64,000 nucleotides of DNA from Deferribacterales bacterium (GTDB taxonomy: Bacteria > Chrysiogenota > Deferribacteres > Deferribacterales > Geovibrionaceae): contig JBFWMA010000002.1 in the NCBI GenBank assembly GCA_050251875.1, forward strand, positions 96,001 to 160,000. The letters are read 5' to 3'. Of the stretch, positions 29,469 to 39,751 are shown piece by piece. The position numbers and the translations under genes are program-made. The notes under the pieces are model-generated. The model was not told the DNA's origin and made no database searches. It saw only the letters and a program-made list of their open reading frames with translations. The stretch's first letter is position 1, and the number at the start of each line of letters is the position of its first letter.

Positions 29469-30467
29469 TTACTGATTTTTCTGGAATTTGTTCACATTAT
29501 TGATCTGGTCGTTGTAGTTTTCGCTGAAACTGTGGACATGATTTTTGTCAGCGACAAAGTACAGATAGCGGGTATCTGCGGGATACAGAGCCGCTTCGAT
29601 AGCCATTTTCGATGGATTGCAGATGGGGGTTGGGGGCAGTCCTTTACGCTTATATGTGTTGTATGGGTTCGTGTCGTCCTGAAGATGCTTTTTTGTCAGG
29701 TTGCCGTCAAACTCCGGCAGCAGACCGTATATTACGGTGGGATCCGCCTGAAGCCTCATCTTCTTCTTAAGCCTGTTGTGATAAACTGATGATATGACGG
29801 GTGCCTCAGAAGGATCGAACGTCTCTTTCTGAATGATGGAGGCGAGGATTATAATCTCGTTCAGAGTCATCCCCAGCTCGGCGGCTCTGGCTTCGGCGTT
29901 TTTCGGCAGCTGCTGGGTAAAGAGCCAGTACATCGTCTGGATGACAAAGTTAGGTCTGGAGAAAGGGGGAAAGTTATATGTGTTCGGATACAGATAGCCT
30001 TCCAGACTGTTCAGATTCATTCCCGTGAGTTTGTATATGAACTCCGGGTCACGGGTCAGCCGGAAGAACTGTCCGGCGTCATCCACAATGAAGTTGTCCA
30101 GCCTCTGCGCCATGTCAAAGGTGTTGTAGCCTTCCGGAAAGGTGATTTTCATGGTGGACTGAGCGCCTTTGGTCATCATATCCAGAAAATCTTTTACCGT
30201 GGTGTCTGTGACCTTGTAATAGCCGTATTTCAGGTTTTTATCGATGTCTTTGACACGGGTGAGATAATATTTGAAGAAGAAAGGGGTGTCCAGCGGTCTG
30301 AACACCTCGTTATACATCACGTTGAATCCCCCTGTTTTGGGGATGGTGACCTCAGCTGTTATTCGTGTCTCATTGATGAATTTTTCGCAGCGCACAGTCC
30401 AGAAGCCGAAGGCTGACGTGACGGCGAAAAGAGACGCTATGAGAGCGATAACGATGATTCTGAGCAT
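29469..30467 (-). CDS. mltG: Endolytic transglycosylase MltG
   Basis: ITFPEG, LEGYLYPNTY, LASIIQKE, LQADPTVIY, YNTYKRKGLPPTPICNP. Confidence 0.95.
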   Translation of the reverse strand: MLRIIVIALIASLFAVTSAFGFWTVRCEKFINETRITAEVTIPKTGGFNVMYNEVFRPLDTPFFFKYYLTRVKDIDKNLKYGYYKVTDTTVKDFLDMMTKGAQSTMKITFPEGYNTFDMAQRLDNFIVDDAGQFFRLTRDPEFIYKLTGMNLNSLEGYLYPNTYNFPPFSRPNFVIQTMYWLFTQQLPKNAEARAAELGMTLNEIIILASIIQKETFDPSEAPVISSVYHNRLKKKMRLQADPTVIYGLLPEFDGNLTKKHLQDDTNPYNTYKRKGLPPTPICNPSKMAIEAALYPADTRYLYFVADKNHVHSFSENYNDQINNVNKFQKNQ

Positions 30468-31591
30468 CAGGCACTTTTATGTTTATCGATCATATCCACA
30501 AAACGCTCGAAAAGATATGTTGCGTCCTGGGGTCCGGGTCCGTTTTCCGGGTGATACTGCACAGAGAAGAGGGGGTGAACTTTGTGTTTCAGCCCTTCCA
30601 CTGTTTTGTCGTTCAGGTTGATGTGTGTCACTTCTACCTGGTCGCCCAGAGTGTCCACGTCCACAGCGAAGCAATGGTTCTGAGCCGTGATCTCGACTCT
30701 GCCTGTCTCGAAATCTTTCACAGGCTGGTTTCCGCCGTGGTGACCGAATTTCAGCTTATATGTTTTTCCGCCCAGAGCCAGCCCCAGAATCTGGTTGCCC
30801 AGACATATTCCGAAGAGGGGGTAGTTTCCTATGAGCTGTTTTGTCAGTTCTATGGCATATTTAACGGGTTCTGGGTCTCCGGGACCGTTGGAGAGAAAAA
30901 CTCCGTCAGGGTTCAGCGCCTTAATCTCTTCATATGTGGTGGTGGCGGGGACTACTGTCACCTCGCATCCCAGGTCGGCGAAGTATCTGAGGATGTTCTT
31001 CTTAATGCCGAAATCCACAGCGACAACGTGTCTTTTGGGGTCTGTGAGGTCAGTATATCCTTTTTCCAGATCCCATGTTTTCTGAGTCCATTTATAGGAT
31101 TTTGAGCAGGTTACGTTCTTCACATAATCCTGTCCCTCGATACTTTTCATCTCTGCCGCCATCTTTTTCAGCTTTTCGACATCGTCTGTCTCTGTGCTGA
31201 TAACGGCGTTCATGGAGCCCTGCTCACGGATGTGTCTCACCAGCATGCGGGTGTCTATGCCCTCGATGCCGATTACGCCGTGCTCTTTCAGAAAATCGCC
31301 GAGGCTTTTATCGCTTCTGTAGTTGCTGTATATATTGCTGTATTCCTTCACTATGAAGGCGGACAGCCATACTTTGTCTGATTCGAAATCTTCTGAGTTC
31401 ACTCCGTAGTTGCCTATCAGGGGATAGGTCATGCAGACCATCTGACCGAAGTAAGAAGGGTCTGTCAGAATCTCCTGATATCCTGTGATGGATGTATTGA
31501 AGACAACCTCTCCCTCTTTGGTGGCGTCCGCTCCGAAACTTCTGCCCTCAAAGACCGTGCCGTCAGAAAGTACCAGATATGCTTTTTTCAT
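30467..31591 (-). CDS. carA: Carbamoyl-phosphate synthase small subunit
   Basis: GEVVFNTSITGYQEILTDPSY, LSNGPGDP, FGICLG, QNHCF, VQYHPE; start at MKKAY (GAGG upstream). Confidence 0.97.
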   Translation of the reverse strand: MKKAYLVLSDGTVFEGRSFGADATKEGEVVFNTSITGYQEILTDPSYFGQMVCMTYPLIGNYGVNSEDFESDKVWLSAFIVKEYSNIYSNYRSDKSLGDFLKEHGVIGIEGIDTRMLVRHIREQGSMNAVISTETDDVEKLKKMAAEMKSIEGQDYVKNVTCSKSYKWTQKTWDLEKGYTDLTDPKRHVVAVDFGIKKNILRYFADLGCEVTVVPATTTYEEIKALNPDGVFLSNGPGDPEPVKYAIELTKQLIGNYPLFGICLGNQILGLALGGKTYKLKFGHHGGNQPVKDFETGRVEITAQNHCFAVDVDTLGDQVEVTHINLNDKTVEGLKHKVHPLFSVQYHPENGPGPQDATYLFERFVDMIDKHKSA

Positions 31592-31662
31592 TATGTGTCT
31601 GACCTCTTTAGTATACTGCTTACGAATTTTATGTTTTTTTCTGAAAAGTGCAAGCATTTTCC

Positions 31663-31695
31663 AAAAAAAACCGGAGCTTGTAAACTCCGGTTTTT
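31663..31695 (-). terminator. Terminator after gap
   Basis: AAAAAAAACCGGAG-CTTGTAAA-CTCCGGTTTTT. Confidence 0.8.
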
Positions 31696-31707
31696 ATATC
31701 ATATTTA

Positions 31708-33153
31708 TCAGTAGCTTTCGGGATAAGTTTTGAGCCTCAGTCCGCACATGTACTCAGCTATGCGGTTCACCTGACGGCTGTATCCGTATTCGTTATCGTA
31801 CCACACATAGAGAACGGCTCTGTTGCCGTCCACGATGGTAGCCAGACCGTCCACGATTCCTGTGAATTTGTTGCCCACGAAGTCGGATGAAACAACCTCT
31901 GTGCTCTTCACGAAAGATATCTGGTCTGTCAGGCCGGAGTTCAGCGACATGTCACGGATATAATCATTTACCTCGTCCAGAGTTGTCTCTTTTTCCAGAG
32001 TCAGGTTAAGGATAGCCAGAGATACGTTGGGCGTGGGGACACGGATGGCGTTCCCTGTCAGCTTGCCTTTAAGGTCAGGCAGAGCCTTCGCCACGGCTTT
32101 CGCCGCTCCTGTCTCTGTGATAACCATGTTCAGAGGGGCGCCGCGTCCTCTTCTATCTTTTTTGTGATAGTTGTCTATCAGGTTCTGGTCGTTGGTGTAT
32201 GAGTGGCATGTTTCCACATGTCCGTTAACGATGTTGAATTTATCGTGCATGATCTTAAGCACGGGCACGATGGCGTTTGTGGTGCAGCTGGCGGCTGTGA
32301 CAATTTTGTTGTCGGATGTCAGCGTCTTGTGGTTGATACCGTAAACCACGTTGGGCAGGTCGCCTTTTCCGGGAGCGGTCAGGATTACCTGTGAGGCGCC
32401 GGGGCATTTCAGGTGCAGACCGAGTCCTTCCTCTGTGCTCCATTTGCCGGTGTTGTCTATAATCATGGCGTCTTTTATGCCGTATTTTGTATAGTCTACT
32501 TTGTCGGGTCCGTCAGAGGCTATGAATTTTACATAGTTGCCGTTAACGATGATGGCATCCTCTTCCTCCACCACGATGATTGTTCCCTCAAAGGCTCCGT
32601 GCACAGAGTCTCTGCGGAGCAGGCTGGCACGTTTCGCTATGTCCATCTTCTCTCCGGCGCGGATAACGACAGCGCGCAGACGGAGTCCTGTGCCCACTCT
32701 GGAGCGGTTGATGAGGATGCGTGCCATGAGGCGTCCGATACGTCCGAAACCGTAAAGAACAACGTCTTTCTCCGGTTTGTCCTCGTAGTCGCTCACGTTT
32801 ATCTCTGCCAGCTCTTTCAGAACGAAGTCTGCAACTGACTGTGTTTTATCTGTTTTTTCATATTTTGCGTAGAGCTTGCCTATGTCGATGGTGGCGGGCG
32901 CCAGATCCATGTTGGCTACCACGTCCAGATAAGGCTTGGTCTCTCTTACAGAGAGCTCCTTATCTATTATCAGTCTGGCGAATCTGTGGATCTTCATAAG
33001 CTGTATGGGGTTTTTTCTCACAAGAGACTGTCCGAAGAGTCTGATAACAATGCCTTTCTGCTTATAAAGCCTTGTTATCACCGGAACCATTTCGGTGGCT
33101 ATGTCTTCGCGTTCTGTCCAGTCTTTCATGTATGCATCTGTCATTGTTCTCAT
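31708..33153 (-). CDS. gap: Glyceraldehyde-3-phosphate dehydrogenase, long form with N-terminal extension
   Basis: YGFGRIGR, AASCTTNA, HSYTNDQ, RVPTPNVS, WYDNEYGYS; about 130-aa N-terminal extension. Confidence 0.93.
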   Translation of the reverse strand: MRTMTDAYMKDWTEREDIATEMVPVITRLYKQKGIVIRLFGQSLVRKNPIQLMKIHRFARLIIDKELSVRETKPYLDVVANMDLAPATIDIGKLYAKYEKTDKTQSVADFVLKELAEINVSDYEDKPEKDVVLYGFGRIGRLMARILINRSRVGTGLRLRAVVIRAGEKMDIAKRASLLRRDSVHGAFEGTIIVVEEEDAIIVNGNYVKFIASDGPDKVDYTKYGIKDAMIIDNTGKWSTEEGLGLHLKCPGASQVILTAPGKGDLPNVVYGINHKTLTSDNKIVTAASCTTNAIVPVLKIMHDKFNIVNGHVETCHSYTNDQNLIDNYHKKDRRGRGAPLNMVITETGAAKAVAKALPDLKGKLTGNAIRVPTPNVSLAILNLTLEKETTLDEVNDYIRDMSLNSGLTDQISFVKSTEVVSSDFVGNKFTGIVDGLATIVDGNRAVLYVWYDNEYGYSRQVNRIAEYMCGLRLKTYPESY

Positions 33154-33315
33154 GCGTACACTCCTAGATTAATTAAGCGGGTCTGTATTTTTGTGAGGCG
33201 TATTAAATATTATTTTTATGAAAAATAGAATAGGAAATGTGAGTTATTTGAAAAATAAATAACATGCTATGCTGTTATATTTTACTTATGAAATATTAAA
33301 ACATGTAAAAAGTCC

Positions 33316-33344
33316 TTGAAAAATCGCTCAGGCTTTGTTAGCAT
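33316..33344 (+). promoter_or_regulatory. Putative sigma70 promoter of proVWX
   Basis: TTGAAA-17 bp-TAGCAT with TG extension in an AT-rich intergenic region. Confidence 0.45.
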
Positions 33345-33527
33345 AGATATATGCAAAATAATTTGATTTAAATCATTATGATTCTATGGGTCAAACCCCG
33401 TGGAACATGTCAAGTATAGCTGATTTATTAATTATAATTCCGCTAATTTCTTATTTTTTATAAGTTAGTTATACCAATAATTTATATCGTGTAATACGCT
33501 TATATCTATAAACAAAATGGTTGGATA

Positions 33528-34733
33528 ATGGACAAAAAAGAAAAAATCAAAATCGAAGATTTGTATAAGATCTATGGAAACAAGCCTAAACAGGCTCTGT
33601 CTATGCTGAAAAATGGAAAAACAAAAGAAGAGGTGCTGGAAAAAACCCGGATGTCTGTGGGGGTTAACAATGCCTCATTCACAATATACGAAGGCGAGAT
33701 TTTTGTTATCATGGGGCTTTCCGGTTCCGGCAAGTCCACTTTGGTGCGTCTTCTGAACAGACTGATCGAACCCACGTCCGGCTCCGTGTGGCTGGACGGC
33801 GAGGATGTTGCGAAGATGGGCACGGACAGGCTCACGGAGATACGCAGGAGGAAGATGTGCATGGTCTTTCAGTCTTTTGCCCTGATGCCGCACATGACCG
33901 TTCTGGAGAACGCCGCTTTCGGGCTGGATATAGCCGGAGTAAAGAAAGACGAGCGCAGGGAACGGGCTCTGGCGGCTCTGGGGCAGGTGGGGCTGGACGC
34001 ATGGGCGGACAGCTATCCGGACGGACTCTCCGGCGGGATGAAACAGAGAGTGGGGCTGGCGAGAGCGCTGGCGACCAATCCCGAGGTTCTGCTGATGGAC
34101 GAGGCATTTTCGGCTCTTGACCCGCTCATCCGCTGCGAGATGCAGGATGAACTGCTCAAGATTCAGAAAAAAAATAAACGCACAATAGTATTCATATCAC
34201 ACGATCTGGACGAGGCTATGCGCATCGGCGACCGGATCGCCATCATGGAAGGGGGCAGAGTGGTTCAGGTGGGAACGCCTGAGTATATTCTTCTGAACCC
34301 CGCGGACGATTATGTCAGAGCCTTTTTCAGAGGCGTTGACCCCACCATCATACTCACAGCGAAAGATATAGCCCAGAAAAATGACGTCACCATAAAGATG
34401 CGCCCCGGGAACGGACCGAGAACCGCCGTTCAGAGGCTTATCAAATATGAGAAGGATCAGATATATGTTCTGGATGAGGAGGAGATATATCTGGGGGTGC
34501 TCACCAGAGACGTTCTGGATGAGATGATAGACAGGGGCGAAAGGGAGCTGGACGCCGGCAGGCTGAATGTGATCGAGCCATCCCGTGAAACGGACTCCAT
34601 GCAGGATATCCTGCCTAAGCTGATATCCGGTACAGCGCCTGTTCCGGTGGTGGACGCCGAGGGCGTATACGCCGGAACGATATCCAGAAAGCAGTTTTTG
34701 AAAACCCTGCATAGAAACGGAGAAAGCGAATGA
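33528..34733 (+). CDS. proV: Glycine betaine/proline ABC transporter ATPase with CBS domains
   Basis: GLSGSGKS, LSGGMKQR, MDEAFSALDPLIR, C-terminal CBS pair. Confidence 0.95.
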   Translation: MDKKEKIKIEDLYKIYGNKPKQALSMLKNGKTKEEVLEKTRMSVGVNNASFTIYEGEIFVIMGLSGSGKSTLVRLLNRLIEPTSGSVWLDGEDVAKMGTDRLTEIRRRKMCMVFQSFALMPHMTVLENAAFGLDIAGVKKDERRERALAALGQVGLDAWADSYPDGLSGGMKQRVGLARALATNPEVLLMDEAFSALDPLIRCEMQDELLKIQKKNKRTIVFISHDLDEAMRIGDRIAIMEGGRVVQVGTPEYILLNPADDYVRAFFRGVDPTIILTAKDIAQKNDVTIKMRPGNGPRTAVQRLIKYEKDQIYVLDEEEIYLGVLTRDVLDEMIDRGERELDAGRLNVIEPSRETDSMQDILPKLISGTAPVPVVDAEGVYAGTISRKQFLKTLHRNGESE

Positions 34734-35578
34734 GTTTTTTTGATTTTGACGAAAGGATAATACCGCTCGATTCATGGATTCAGAGCGGAGTTGATATATT
34801 GGTAGAGAACTACAGGGATGTTTTTCAGATGATGAAGATGCCTGTGGAGGTCTCGCTGAACAGTGTGGTGTGGGTTCTGACATATCTGCATCCGCTTATA
34901 GTAATAGTCGCTCTCTGCGCCGCCGCCTATAGATATTCCGGTAAAAAACTGGCGCTCTTCACTGCCTTTACTCTTCTGCTCACGGGCATGCTGGGTTTCT
35001 GGGAAGAGACTATGGTTACTCTGGCTATGGTGTTCTGTTCGGTGCTCTTCTGCGCTGTTGTGGGTATTCCGCTGGGCATACTGGCGGGACGCAGCGACAG
35101 GTTCGAGGGATTTATCCGTCCTTTTCTGGACGCCATGCAGACCACTCCGGCGTTTGTGTATCTGGTGCCTGTGGTGATGCTTTTCAGCATCGGTACTGTG
35201 TCGGGGATTCTGGCGACTATTGTTTTTGCTATGCCCCCCATAATCAGGCTGACGAGCCTGGGCATACGCCATGTACATCCGGAGCTTGTGGAGGCGGCCG
35301 TGTCGTTCGGCGCCACGCCTTTTCAGGTTCTGCGCAGGGTGCAGATACCCCTTGCCATGCCGTCTATCATGGCGGGGCTGAATCAGACCATCATGATGTC
35401 GCTGTCCATGGTGGTTATAGCGGCGCTGATAGGCGCAGGCGGACTGGGTATGCCTGTCTTTCTGGGGCTGAACACTCTGGACATAGGACTGGCGACCATA
35501 GGCGGTCTCTGCATAGTTCTGCTGGCGATGGTGCTGGACAGAATCACGCAGGGAATGGGAACAGCAAAAAGAAAATAA
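34730..35578 (+). CDS. proW: Glycine betaine/proline ABC transporter permease
   Basis: LDAMQTTPAFVYLVP, EAAVSFGA, NQTIMMSLSMVVIA. Confidence 0.95.
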   Translation: MSFFDFDERIIPLDSWIQSGVDILVENYRDVFQMMKMPVEVSLNSVVWVLTYLHPLIVIVALCAAAYRYSGKKLALFTAFTLLLTGMLGFWEETMVTLAMVFCSVLFCAVVGIPLGILAGRSDRFEGFIRPFLDAMQTTPAFVYLVPVVMLFSIGTVSGILATIVFAMPPIIRLTSLGIRHVHPELVEAAVSFGATPFQVLRRVQIPLAMPSIMAGLNQTIMMSLSMVVIAALIGAGGLGMPVFLGLNTLDIGLATIGGLCIVLLAMVLDRITQGMGTAKRK

Positions 35579-35588
35579 GGAGGAATAG

Positions 35589-36611
35589 ATGAAGAAAATT
35601 TTAATAATCTTAGCCGTATGTCTGGCTGTGGTGTCTTCGGCTTTTGCTTATAACAAACTGCCCGGAAAGGGAACGACACTGAAGCCCGCAAGGGCGACAT
35701 GGGATACCGGATATTTTCAGGAAGCCATAATCAGAGAGGCTATGCAGGAGCTGGGATACAAGGTGGAGAAGCCGAAAGATCTTTCTAACCCGCTCTTTTA
35801 CCAGTCGTTGTATCTGGGCGATGTGGACTACTGGGCGAACGGATGGTTTCCGACTCACGACAACCAGCTTCCCAAAAACTTTTATGACAAAGCGGACAAG
35901 GTGGGATATGTGGTGAAGGCGGGAGGTCTTCAGGGATATCTGGTTTCGAAGGTATACGCCGAGAAATATAATATCAAATCTCTGGACGATTTCAAAAGAG
36001 AAGAGGTGAAAAAAGCCTTCGACTCGAACGGAGACGGCAAAGCCGACCTGACCGCCTGTCCTCCCGGATGGGGATGCGAAAAGATAATCGCCCACCATAT
36101 GAAGGCATATAAACTGGGCAAAGACATAAACCTGATAAAAGCGTCATATTCCGCCAGCATGGCGGAGGAACTGGCAAAGTTCAAATCGGGGAAACCTGTA
36201 TTTTTCTACACATGGGCGCCCAACTGGACAATCTTTAAGATGAAGCCCGGTCAGGATGTGGTGTGGATAAACGTGCCTAAGATAGACCCCGCAGGGTCAC
36301 AGGCGCAGGCTGTGGACAGAATGACCGTGGCGGATGTGACAGGCGCCGTGAGCAACCCTGTTAAGCTGGGGTTTGTCGTGAGCGACATCCGTGTGGTAGC
36401 CAACAAAAAATTTCTGGCGAAAAATCCGGCGGCAAAAAAATTCTTCGAGCTGTTTTCGCTGTCGCTGGCAGAAATAAACGAGCAGAACACCAAAATGAAT
36501 GAAGGTGAAAAATCTGACAAAGATATCCAGAGACACGCTCTGGCGTGGATAGCCAAGCATCAGGACACATGGAACGGATGGATCGAGGAAGCGAGAAAAG
36601 CCGCTGACTAA
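35589..36611 (+). CDS. proX: Glycine betaine/proline ABC transporter substrate-binding protein
   Basis: Signal peptide; WFPTH, FDSNGDGKADLTACPPGWGCE, YTWAPNW. Confidence 0.93.
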   Translation: MKKILIILAVCLAVVSSAFAYNKLPGKGTTLKPARATWDTGYFQEAIIREAMQELGYKVEKPKDLSNPLFYQSLYLGDVDYWANGWFPTHDNQLPKNFYDKADKVGYVVKAGGLQGYLVSKVYAEKYNIKSLDDFKREEVKKAFDSNGDGKADLTACPPGWGCEKIIAHHMKAYKLGKDINLIKASYSASMAEELAKFKSGKPVFFYTWAPNWTIFKMKPGQDVVWINVPKIDPAGSQAQAVDRMTVADVTGAVSNPVKLGFVVSDIRVVANKKFLAKNPAAKKFFELFSLSLAEINEQNTKMNEGEKSDKDIQRHALAWIAKHQDTWNGWIEEARKAAD

Positions 36612-36617
36612 ATAATT

Positions 36618-36646
36618 AAAAGCCCTCTTTTTGAGGGCTTCTTTTT
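36618..36646 (+). terminator. Terminator between the two proX copies
   Basis: AAAAGCCCTC-TTTTT-GAGGGCTTCTTTTT. Confidence 0.7.
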
Positions 36647-36686
36647 ATGTTACAATATGTTTATAACAATTCACGCCGGAGGGCAG

Positions 36687-37706
36687 ATGAAGTTTTTCTC
36701 AGCTGTACTGCTATCTTTTTTTCTGTCATGTTCCGCCTTAGCCTATGACCTGTATCCGGGCAGGGGAAAGACTGTTACGTCCGTCAGACCCCAGTGGGAC
36801 ACCGGATATTTTCAGGAGGCGCTCATCAGGCGCGCCCTGACTGAGCTGGGCTACACATGCGAACAGCCGAAGGTCATGCCGAATGCCGCTATGTATGAAA
36901 GCGTTATGAACGGCAGCGCTGACTATATGGCGGACGGATGGTTTCCCGATCACGAGAGCCAGCTCCCCAGAGGATATTACGACAAGGCGGAAAACGTGGG
37001 ATATGTCCTCAAAAGAGGCGGTATTCAGGGGTATATGATCCCGAAGAAATACGCTGATAAATACCATATAACATCACTGGAAGATTTCAGAAGACCGGAT
37101 GTAAGAAAGGCTTTCGACATTGACGGAGACGGCAGGGCTGATCTGAGCGTCTGTCCGAAGGGCTGGATGTGCAGAGAGATAACCGAATTTCATCTGAAAG
37201 AATACAATCTGGGCGGTTTCATAAATCTGGCGGACAGCCCGAAAGATATAAACTATGAAGAGATTCTGGACAGATATACGGCAGGCAGGGCGGTTCTTTT
37301 CTATAACTGGGCGCCGAACTGGACAAACTCAAAGATGATTCCGGGTATGGACGCTGTGTGGATCAATGTTCCCTTCACCGCGCCGTATAAATCTCAGAGC
37401 GGCAGTCAGGACAGGCTGGAGGCTGTGAACATAGCCGGAGCAGTGACAGAAAAGATAAGGCTGGGGTTCGCCGTCAGCGACATCCGGGTTACGGCCAACA
37501 GCAGATTTCTGAAGAAAAATCCCGCTGTCAGAAAGTTTTTTGAAGTATTTTCGCTGTCGCTGGATAACATCAGCGAGCAGAACAGCAAGATGCACTATGG
37601 GGAAAAATCCGAAAAGGATATAGAGCGTCATGTCACCGAGTGGATAGCCGGACACAAGAGCAAGTGGGACAGATGGCTGGCGGATGCCAGACAGGCGGCT
37701 GACTGA
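36687..37706 (+). CDS. proX: Second ProX-like substrate-binding protein
   Basis: Colinear paralog (WDTGYFQEA, WFPDH, CPKGWMC, WAPNW); GGAGG before ATG 36687. Confidence 0.9.
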   Translation: MKFFSAVLLSFFLSCSALAYDLYPGRGKTVTSVRPQWDTGYFQEALIRRALTELGYTCEQPKVMPNAAMYESVMNGSADYMADGWFPDHESQLPRGYYDKAENVGYVLKRGGIQGYMIPKKYADKYHITSLEDFRRPDVRKAFDIDGDGRADLSVCPKGWMCREITEFHLKEYNLGGFINLADSPKDINYEEILDRYTAGRAVLFYNWAPNWTNSKMIPGMDAVWINVPFTAPYKSQSGSQDRLEAVNIAGAVTEKIRLGFAVSDIRVTANSRFLKKNPAVRKFFEVFSLSLDNISEQNSKMHYGEKSEKDIERHVTEWIAGHKSKWDRWLADARQAAD

Positions 37707-37714
37707 GATAAAGT

Positions 37715-38320
37715 CTATCTCAGCTCTTTCAGTCCTTTTTCGGTGAGTCGGAATTTTATGGCGTTTCTAAGCACGGCGTTGCCCCGCGCGAGGGTTTCGT
37801 CATTCACCTCTTCTCCGCCTATCTCCAGAAAATTCAGCCAGAATATCAGCAGAAGCCAGAGTTCCTCGGTAAAAAGGTCTATCTCCTCCTGAGTCATCTG
37901 AACCATATTTCCGCATGCGATACTGTTCAATATCCCCGTTTTCGCTATCATCAGCATGCCCTGATGGGTTCTGGTATAGGCTTCCATCAGCTCCCTGTCT
38001 CCGTGGAGCAGGGAAGTCAGCTCACGTTTGAAGAAACGGAACCGCCAGTTGAACTTCTGCACCATCACAAATGTATGCTCCATCGCTTCAAGAGTTCCTA
38101 TCTGGTACTGAGAGGCGACTTTGCCGTATTCTTCCATGCCGATTCTGTCCATCATGGCAAATATCTCTCTTATTATCTCCTCTTTGTTCTTGAAATAATA
38201 ATAGAGACTGCCGGGGCTGATGCCCAGTTTCGCCGCTATGTGATTGGTGGTGACGTTCTTTGTCCCCTGTTCGTTAAAGAGCTCTATAGCGGTTTCGATT
38301 ATCTGCTGTTTCCTTGTCAT
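37715..38320 (-). CDS. TetR/AcrR family regulator
   Basis: IIETAIELFNEQG...TTNHIAAKLGISPGSLYYYFKNKEEI HTH. Confidence 0.93.
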   Translation of the reverse strand: MTRKQQIIETAIELFNEQGTKNVTTNHIAAKLGISPGSLYYYFKNKEEIIREIFAMMDRIGMEEYGKVASQYQIGTLEAMEHTFVMVQKFNWRFRFFKRELTSLLHGDRELMEAYTRTHQGMLMIAKTGILNSIACGNMVQMTQEEIDLFTEELWLLLIFWLNFLEIGGEEVNDETLARGNAVLRNAIKFRLTEKGLKELR

Positions 38321-38344
38321 CGTTTATATATACTTGGAATGACG

Positions 38345-39703
38345 TCAGTAATCAAGATGAGCGTTCTCTAATTTATTCAGGAATTTTCCCAGCAGTTTCA
38401 GCCTCTGGACAAATCCGAAAAAGCTGAACCGGAATATCACCGGAAGAAGCCTGTATGCCGGAACGGCTGATTTATACAGTTCCGCCAGCTCATGATAAAA
38501 ATCTTTCATCGGCATTTTTGTCGGCAGAAGTGTGTGGAGCATGTCGAATAGCTCCGGTTTTTCCGACAGCATCCTGTGTCTGTTGTCATGGTAAAGCTCG
38601 GTGCCGGGCAGGGGAGTCATTATGGTGAATGTGGCGTATGTCAGCTTCAGCCTGCGGATATATGCTTTCAGCGCTTTGAAATCAGCCGGGGTATAGTCCT
38701 GGCTCACCATGAACGAAGCGTACATCATGATGTTATTGTCACGCAGGATTTTTACCGCCTCTTCCTGCTGGCTGGTGGTGATGTTCTTTTTCATGGATTT
38801 CAGCCGCTCGTCAGAAAAATCCTCCATGCCGACAAATACCTGCTTCAGCCCTATCTGAGCCCATTTTCTGAACAGCTCCGGATGTCGTACTATGGTGTCC
38901 GCGCGGGCGTACAGGAAATAGTTTTTTCTGATGCCCGCCTCTCTGATGCGGTCTGCCAGCTCGTCCATCCGCTTTGCGCTGCACATGGATTCGTCATCGC
39001 AGAAGAAGACGTTCTTCTCTTCTATGCTTTTCAGCTCACGGATGACCGAATCGTGACCCCGGGTCAGATATTTTCCACCAGTGATAGACCACAGAGAGCA
39101 GAAATTGCATCTGGCGGTGCATCCCAGAGATGTGCGCAGTGATGCCAGCGGTTTGAACCATTCGCTGAAATATCTGTTTCTGTGCTGTTTCGTGAGGTAT
39201 CTGGCGGGGAAGGGGAGCTCGTCCAGCGGGGTGTATGGTCTGGGTTTGGTGAGAATCATTTTTTCAGGATGCGGTATCCCCACGCCGTCTATATGCGAAA
39301 AGTCCTTCTTTTCGGTTACGGCTTTCATCAGCTCTTTCAGAGTGAAAACGCCTTCACCTATCACCACGGCGTCTATGTATGTCTCGTTAAAGTCTTCCGG
39401 CTTCACCGTGGCGTGGTGCCCGCCGATGAATATTTTTGTATCCGGCATGATCTTTCTGATATCAGCGGCTGTCTTTTTGGTGATGTTCACCTGAGACGTG
39501 AAGGATGTTATGCCCACTGCGTCCGGTCTGAAATCTTTTACCATGCTGTCTATATCACGGTCTATGCGGGCGTCCAGTATGACCGGTTCGTGTCCTTCCT
39601 CCAGCATTCCCGCCGCCAGATATTCCAGAGACAGCGGCTCGAAGAGAAAGACCTGATCCATAAAATCATCCTGACTGGGGGGCTGGATAAGAAGAATTTT
39701 CAT
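38345..39703 (-). CDS. Cobalamin-binding (class B) radical SAM protein
   Basis: N-terminal B12-binding domain (EPLSLEYLA, IGGHHAT, VIGEG), SLGCTARCNFCS, TPLPGT. Confidence 0.92.
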   Translation of the reverse strand: MKILLIQPPSQDDFMDQVFLFEPLSLEYLAAGMLEEGHEPVILDARIDRDIDSMVKDFRPDAVGITSFTSQVNITKKTAADIRKIMPDTKIFIGGHHATVKPEDFNETYIDAVVIGEGVFTLKELMKAVTEKKDFSHIDGVGIPHPEKMILTKPRPYTPLDELPFPARYLTKQHRNRYFSEWFKPLASLRTSLGCTARCNFCSLWSITGGKYLTRGHDSVIRELKSIEEKNVFFCDDESMCSAKRMDELADRIREAGIRKNYFLYARADTIVRHPELFRKWAQIGLKQVFVGMEDFSDERLKSMKKNITTSQQEEAVKILRDNNIMMYASFMVSQDYTPADFKALKAYIRRLKLTYATFTIMTPLPGTELYHDNRHRMLSEKPELFDMLHTLLPTKMPMKDFYHELAELYKSAVPAYRLLPVIFRFSFFGFVQRLKLLGKFLNKLENAHLDY

Positions 39704-39714
39704 ATGACGCTCCG

Positions 39715-39751
39715 TTAGAGTATTTACTCTAAATTAGAGTATTTGCTCTAA
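39715..39751. promoter_or_regulatory. Tandem 18-bp palindromic operator, probably bound by the TetR protein
   Basis: TTAGAGTATTTACTCTAA (39715-39732) and TTAGAGTATTTGCTCTAA (39734-39751); overlaps a minus-strand TTGACG-17 bp-TAATTT promoter. Confidence 0.8.

Noticed and set aside
39715..39751. CRISPR-like direct repeat
   Set aside because: Only two 18-bp units separated by 1 bp, with no spacers or cas genes; better explained as an operator.
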